Origin: Candidatus Giovannonibacteria bacterium RIFCSPLOWO2_12_FULL_44_15
GTDB taxonomy: Bacteria; Patescibacteriota; Minisyncoccia; JACPKW01; UBA11713
Assembly: GCA_001778905.1 (NCBI GenBank)
Contig: MFIQ01000002.1
Span: 1 to 40,030 of the forward strand
Direction of reading: 5' to 3'
DNA: 40,030 nt
The first letter of the stretch is position 1. Every line of letters starts with the position of its first letter. The notes beneath the pieces are model-generated. The model saw only the letters and a list, made by a program, of their open reading frames with translations, had not been told where the DNA came from and did not search any database. This document shows, in pieces, positions 35,951-40,030 of the stretch. The translations under genes and the position numbers were made by a program.

Positions 35951-36372
35951 AACGACCTAATAAACCATTTCAGGAGAAAATCATAAAACCTTGGGGCAGG
36001 GAAATTATTTTTACCCCTAAAGAATTAGGAAGGACGGGGAAAATTTTATCAATCCGTTCAAAAAAAAGACTTTCCTTTCAGTATCACGACAATAAAGAAG
36101 AAACTTTATGCTTATTTTCAGGCAGTGTCCTACTTTGGATAGAAAACGATGACGGCAAGCTACAAAAAATAAATATGGAACCACAAAAGGGGTATACTAT
36201 TCTGCCTAAACAAAAACACCGGCTGGAAGCCTTAGAAGATTCAATTGTACTGGAAATTTCTTCACAAGAAAAAGGCAATACTATCCGACTGAAAGACGAT
36301 TATAATCGCGGGACTGAAACTGAAGATGAAAGAAATAAGCCCAATAGAAATTGGCATGGCGAGACCAACTAA
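35947..36372 (+). CDS. Cupin protein (type II mannose-6-phosphate isomerase C-terminal-like)
   Basis: KPWG, RLSFQYH..KEET, HRL, EIS, IRLKDDYNR. Confidence 0.8.
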   Translation: MKRPNKPFQEKIIKPWGREIIFTPKELGRTGKILSIRSKKRLSFQYHDNKEETLCLFSGSVLLWIENDDGKLQKINMEPQKGYTILPKQKHRLEALEDSIVLEISSQEKGNTIRLKDDYNRGTETEDERNKPNRNWHGETN

Positions 36373-38563
36373 AGTTTTGTTTTTAGGGACATACCCTCCC
36401 CGGCGTTGTGGTATAGCCACTTTTACTTACGACCTGGCTCAAGCGTTTTATAATACATTCGCACCAGCAATAAAGACAACAGTCGCGGCAATGAATTACA
36501 GCGCCCTAAAAAACCCCAAATACTCTTCACGAGTTGTTTTGGAAATTGATCAGGATAAAACTGAAGATTATAAAATAGCGGCTAAAAAAATAAACGCAGA
36601 CCCAAATATCAAATTGGTTTGCATCCAGCATGAGTTTGGAATCTTCGGAGGAGAATTCGGCTCCAACCTCAAATATTTTCTTGCTGAACTTAAGAAGCCA
36701 ACAGTAATGACTCTGCATACCGTACTTCCCAACCCGAAACCTGCCATGGAAGCATCTATAAGGCCTCTGTTGGACCGTGTTTCATACCTGGTAGTAATGA
36801 GCACAAATTCTAAGAATATCTTGATTTCTAGGTACGGTATAAATCCCAGAAAAATTTTTATAATAGATCACGGCATACACCCAGTTGAATTTGAAACGAG
36901 CGAAAAATTTAAAAAGGCGCTCCACATACAAAATAGGCAGGTCATGAGCACTTTTGGGCTTCTTAATCCAGGAAAGGGGATTGAGTATGTATTGGATGTA
37001 ATTCCGGAATTAATTCGCAAGTTTCCAAACCTGCTTTATCTCGTTATGGGAGTAACGCACCCGCTTGTCCTAAAAAATGAAGGCGAAGAATATCGCAATT
37101 TTCTGATGGAGAAGGCAAATCAATTAAAAATTCAAAAATATGTTCGCTTTTATAACCTCTATTTGGAAGTTGGTCGTTTGTTGAAATTTTTACAAGCCAC
37201 CGACATTTATATTGCGTCATCCACTAATGTTGACCAAGCGGTAAGTGGAACGTTTTCATATGCCATGGGAACTGGGCGACCCATAATATCAGCCCCATTT
37301 GCACAGGCCAGAGAAGACATAGGAGAAGCAGGCCTTCTCGTCAATTTTCGAGACAAGAGTTCGTTAAAAAAAACTATAGAACAGCTACTTGTAAATCCCA
37401 AATTGAGGGAAGTTATGGGAAAGAAAGCATATTTTAACACCAGACACATGACTTGGTCCAATGTGGCACTTTCCTACCTTAAGGTTTTTATGAAATGCGC
37501 GCCTGACCTTTCTGTTGACAACAGGCATCTACCAAAATTAAATCTTAAACATTTAAATAAACTTACGGATCGTTTTGGAATTTTTCAATTCGCCGATTTG
37601 AGCCATAGAAATCCTGATTTTGGTTACACATTGGATGACAACGCGCGAGCTTTAGTGATCGCCGCAAGATATTATTCAGCGGGCATTAGAAAAAAAACTA
37701 CTTTGCGCTTATTGAATATATATTTGTCTTTTATTGCAAATGCTTTGGGATCGGATGGATTTTTAAATTATTTTAATAAAAATTATAAGCCTGATGATGC
37801 CGCCAACGCCAAAGACAACTTGGAAGACGCCGACGCCAGAGCTTTATGGGCTCTTATGCAATTATCTGTTATTCACGCCATTCCAGTTGAATTAAAAAGA
37901 AAAGCTCAAAAAATCTACAAGCGCAGGTTAAAAATTGGCGTGCACTTCCAACACATTCGCCCCAAAGCTTTTTACATAAAAGGCTTATTTGCCTTATATC
38001 AAAGCCATTCCTCACAGAATCTACGTGAAAAAATCAGAATACTTGCAGACGAGCTAATGAAAAATTATGTGGCTCACAGTGATTCCGGTTGGCACTGGTT
38101 CGATAGCATCATAACTTATTCCAACTCTGTATTATGTGAAAGTTTGTTGTCCGCTTTTCAGGCTACAGGAAAAGAAGAATATTTCTATGTCGGCAAAAAA
38201 ACTCTGGACTTTTTGATTTCTCATTCTTTCGTAAATGGAATTTATATGCCTGTCGGACAGAGCGGGTGGTTCGAAAAAGGCGGAAAAAGAAAATTCTTCG
38301 ACCAACAGCCAGAAGACGTTGTAGCTATGGTCGAAGCTCTTAAAAAAATATATATAATCACGCGGGAAGAAAAGTACAAAATGTTAATGACCAAAGCTTT
38401 TTATTGGTATCTGGGAGAAAATTATTTAGAGCAGTATCTCTACGACCAAATAAGTGGCGGGTGTTATGACGGATTAGGGAAAAGAAGCGTTAATCTGAAT
38501 CAAGGGGCGGAATCCACAGTTTCCTATTTAGCCGCTAGGATAGCCGTGAATGATTCTAGTTAA
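36356..38563 (+). CDS. GT4-family glycosyltransferase fused to a six-hairpin glycosidase-like domain
   Basis: GTYPPRRCGIATFT, IQHEFGIFGG, FGLLNPGKGIE, QAVSGT; C-terminal GYTLDDNARAL, FDQQP, NQGAEST. Confidence 0.88.
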   Translation: MARPTKVLFLGTYPPRRCGIATFTYDLAQAFYNTFAPAIKTTVAAMNYSALKNPKYSSRVVLEIDQDKTEDYKIAAKKINADPNIKLVCIQHEFGIFGGEFGSNLKYFLAELKKPTVMTLHTVLPNPKPAMEASIRPLLDRVSYLVVMSTNSKNILISRYGINPRKIFIIDHGIHPVEFETSEKFKKALHIQNRQVMSTFGLLNPGKGIEYVLDVIPELIRKFPNLLYLVMGVTHPLVLKNEGEEYRNFLMEKANQLKIQKYVRFYNLYLEVGRLLKFLQATDIYIASSTNVDQAVSGTFSYAMGTGRPIISAPFAQAREDIGEAGLLVNFRDKSSLKKTIEQLLVNPKLREVMGKKAYFNTRHMTWSNVALSYLKVFMKCAPDLSVDNRHLPKLNLKHLNKLTDRFGIFQFADLSHRNPDFGYTLDDNARALVIAARYYSAGIRKKTTLRLLNIYLSFIANALGSDGFLNYFNKNYKPDDAANAKDNLEDADARALWALMQLSVIHAIPVELKRKAQKIYKRRLKIGVHFQHIRPKAFYIKGLFALYQSHSSQNLREKIRILADELMKNYVAHSDSGWHWFDSIITYSNSVLCESLLSAFQATGKEEYFYVGKKTLDFLISHSFVNGIYMPVGQSGWFEKGGKRKFFDQQPEDVVAMVEALKKIYIITREEKYKMLMTKAFYWYLGENYLEQYLYDQISGGCYDGLGKRSVNLNQGAESTVSYLAARIAVNDSS

Positions 38564-38611
38564 CTGGGCTGGTTCATGACCGATGACGCCCGCAAAGGTG
38601 CTGGGCGATTC

Positions 38612-38631
38612 CTTGCCTACCGGCAGGCAAG
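38612..38631. repeat. Short palindrome CTTGCCTACCGGCAGGCAAG inside attR
   Basis: Inverted repeat CTTGCCT/AGGCAAG. Confidence 0.8.
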
Positions 38632-38650
38632 CTTGCACCCCCGCAAATTT

Positions 38651-39382
38651 TTATACCTTCAATCTCTCATCCCACAAAATTTTCAAATGCGCCGAGTGGA
38701 AGAGAACGGAAATCCATGCCATAACGATAGAGGATATTATTAAAGTCTCGCCGAGAGTCCTAAAATTCTCCGAAAGCGGAGTTAAGATCAAGGCGAGGAT
38801 GCCCGCGATATATATAAAAAGGCGCATCCGGTCGAGGACGAATTTATAATCTTCGTCGAGCGAAAATTTTCCGGATGCGAACTTAAATTCGAGATTCCTA
38901 ATCAAGCCCAAGAAAATATACCCGACCAAAAACCAGAAAAATAAATTGGCGGCTAAAAATTGGTACGAGATGAGGTAGAAGCTCAAAACGAGCACCAGTA
39001 TAAAATCCCTCGTGATGTCCAAAACGACCCCTGTCTTCGTCACTCTTTTCGCGTTCCTGGCGAGCGAGCCGTCGAGCATATCAGTGAAGCCGGCGAGAAG
39101 CGTTACCGCAAATATGACAAGATAATCGGATTTGACACTAAAAAGATATGCGAGAAGTCCGACCAGAGCAAAGCCAATTAGGCTGACGACATTCGGGCTT
39201 ATAAAGTGGAGGTGCTCGTCCAGAAAATCCGTCAGCGGGCGCAAAAGATAATCTCGCCACTCCGCCTCTGAATCCGTCGTTCTTGAAAGATAGGCTTGAA
39301 TAATAACCTTGGAAAGAAAAAGAGGCAATATGAAATAGCCAGCGATCGCAGCCAATCCGAAAACTCCTATGCTTGAGAACAT
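38651..39382 (-). CDS. CDP-alcohol phosphatidyltransferase family protein
   Basis: SPNVVS and DMLDGSLAR...TKTGVVLDITRD (DxxDGxxAR...GxxxDxxxD). Confidence 0.9.
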   Translation of the reverse strand: MFSSIGVFGLAAIAGYFILPLFLSKVIIQAYLSRTTDSEAEWRDYLLRPLTDFLDEHLHFISPNVVSLIGFALVGLLAYLFSVKSDYLVIFAVTLLAGFTDMLDGSLARNAKRVTKTGVVLDITRDFILVLVLSFYLISYQFLAANLFFWFLVGYIFLGLIRNLEFKFASGKFSLDEDYKFVLDRMRLFIYIAGILALILTPLSENFRTLGETLIISSIVMAWISVLFHSAHLKILWDERLKV

Positions 39383-39385
39383 AAA

Positions 39386-39544
39386 TTAAGCTTTCGCTTC
39401 TTTATGCGCGGTTCTTTTTTTGCACCACCTGCAGAACTTGCTGAATTCCAATTTCCGCTCAACCTTCTTTTTATTTTTGGTCGAATAGTAGTTGAACCGC
39501 TTGCACTTGGTACACTGAAATTTTATTAAGTTTACCTGTGACAT
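39386..39544 (-). CDS. rpmG: 50S ribosomal protein L33 (Zn-ribbon type)
   Basis: Manual translation MSQVNLIKFQCTKCKRFNYYSTKNKKKVERKLEFSKFCRWCKKRTAHKEAKA. Confidence 0.96.
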   Translation of the reverse strand: MSQVNLIKFQCTKCKRFNYYSTKNKKKVERKLEFSKFCRWCKKRTAHKEAKA

Positions 39545-39560
39545 ATATTCATATTACCAG

Positions 39561-39633
39561 AGCCGAGACCGGGAATCGAACCCGGGACCTCATCCTTACC
39601 ATGGATGCGCTCTGCCGTCTGAGCTATCTCGGC
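39561..39633 (-). tRNA. tRNA-Thr(GGT)
   Basis: Minus strand GCCGAGATAGCTCAG...CATCC-ATGGTAA-GGATG...GGTTCGATTCCCGGTCTCGGCT. Confidence 0.95.
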
Positions 39634-39977
39634 AGTCTTTCAAAAACCTTATGTATCTTAGCGCGAATCCCTTTCTTTTTCAAAAAAGACTCCAATATCT
39701 TCCCTGATCTCGCGAGCTCCTTTTTCTGGTCGTACGCCCTTCCTCCGTACGCCCCGCATTTCTCATGGACCATAAGATAGATCTCCTTGGGATGGTGCAG
39801 CCTAAAAGATTTCTCGATTTGAGAAAGCAGATACGGATGCTTTATATCTTTTGCCCCTCCCGCGACTTTAATTATATCCGGCATCTTCAATTTCTTTTTT
39901 TTAATCAGTGAATCGAGCGCTACAGAAAAGCGCGCATCGAAACACCAAAGCATTACAGCGTCCGCGTGATAAGCCAT
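39624..39977 (-). CDS. Minimal beta-carbonic-anhydrase-like protein
   Basis: CxDxR (WCFDARF), VAGG and HxxC (HEKCGAY) Zn motifs. The stop overlaps the first 10 nt of tRNA-Thr. Confidence 0.75.
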   Translation of the reverse strand: MAYHADAVMLWCFDARFSVALDSLIKKKKLKMPDIIKVAGGAKDIKHPYLLSQIEKSFRLHHPKEIYLMVHEKCGAYGGRAYDQKKELARSGKILESFLKKKGIRAKIHKVFERLPR

Positions 39978-40030
39978 ATTAATCCGCGAGAACGCTTAAA
40001 TTATTTCTGTCGTCCATCTCCAAGAAGCCG

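Larger units (their letters stand above)
34865..38644. mobile_element. Integrase-less genomic islet at the tRNA-Trp 3' end
   Basis: The tRNA end CGATTC-CTTGCACCCCCGC (34865-34883) recurs at 38606-38644, split by a 20-bp palindrome. Three visibly AT-rich plus-strand genes lie between. Confidence 0.8.

Noticed and set aside
40001-40030. 3' tail of a minus-strand gene entering from the right edge (..RLLGDGRQK*)
   Set aside because: Too short to identify.

Overview
Chromosomal window of a Patescibacteria/CPR (Parcubacteria-like) bacterium. The taxon call is inferred from a short AlaS, a short L13, an FtsA-like gene paired with a CPR-type membrane protein, mostly SD-less core genes and CPR-style short palindromes. 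Standard code 11 fits (tRNA-Trp CCA, TGA used as stop). Almost all genes lie on the minus strand. Core blocks are hrcA-grpE-dnaK-(membrane protein)-dnaJ with a CIRCE element, the infA-rpmJ-rpsM-rpsK-rpsD-rpoA-rplQ-rplM-rpsI cluster, alaS, mnmA, mltG, rpmG and three tRNAs (Lys, Trp, Thr). Accessory content: (i) at 1-6.1 kb, an array of co-oriented modules delimited by an exact 20-bp repeat (CCCAAATTATGCCACAGAAA x3). It contains a candidate RiPP-like system (60-aa CGGQGCC peptide, internal terminator, radical SAM enzyme with a degenerate SPASM domain, MTAP), a nucleotidyltransferase and a secreted Zn-phospholipase C/P1-like protein. (ii) A 668-bp integrase-less toxin-antitoxin-like islet inserted in the 3' end of rpsI with a synonymously recoded replacement end. 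(iii) purSL-purQ, yjjX and purM sharing a triplicated promoter. (iv) A 3.7-kb glycosylation islet at tRNA-Trp whose attR is interrupted by a small palindrome. (v) A probable recombinase scar at tRNA-Lys. All family assignments are from motif recognition by eye; no database searches were run.
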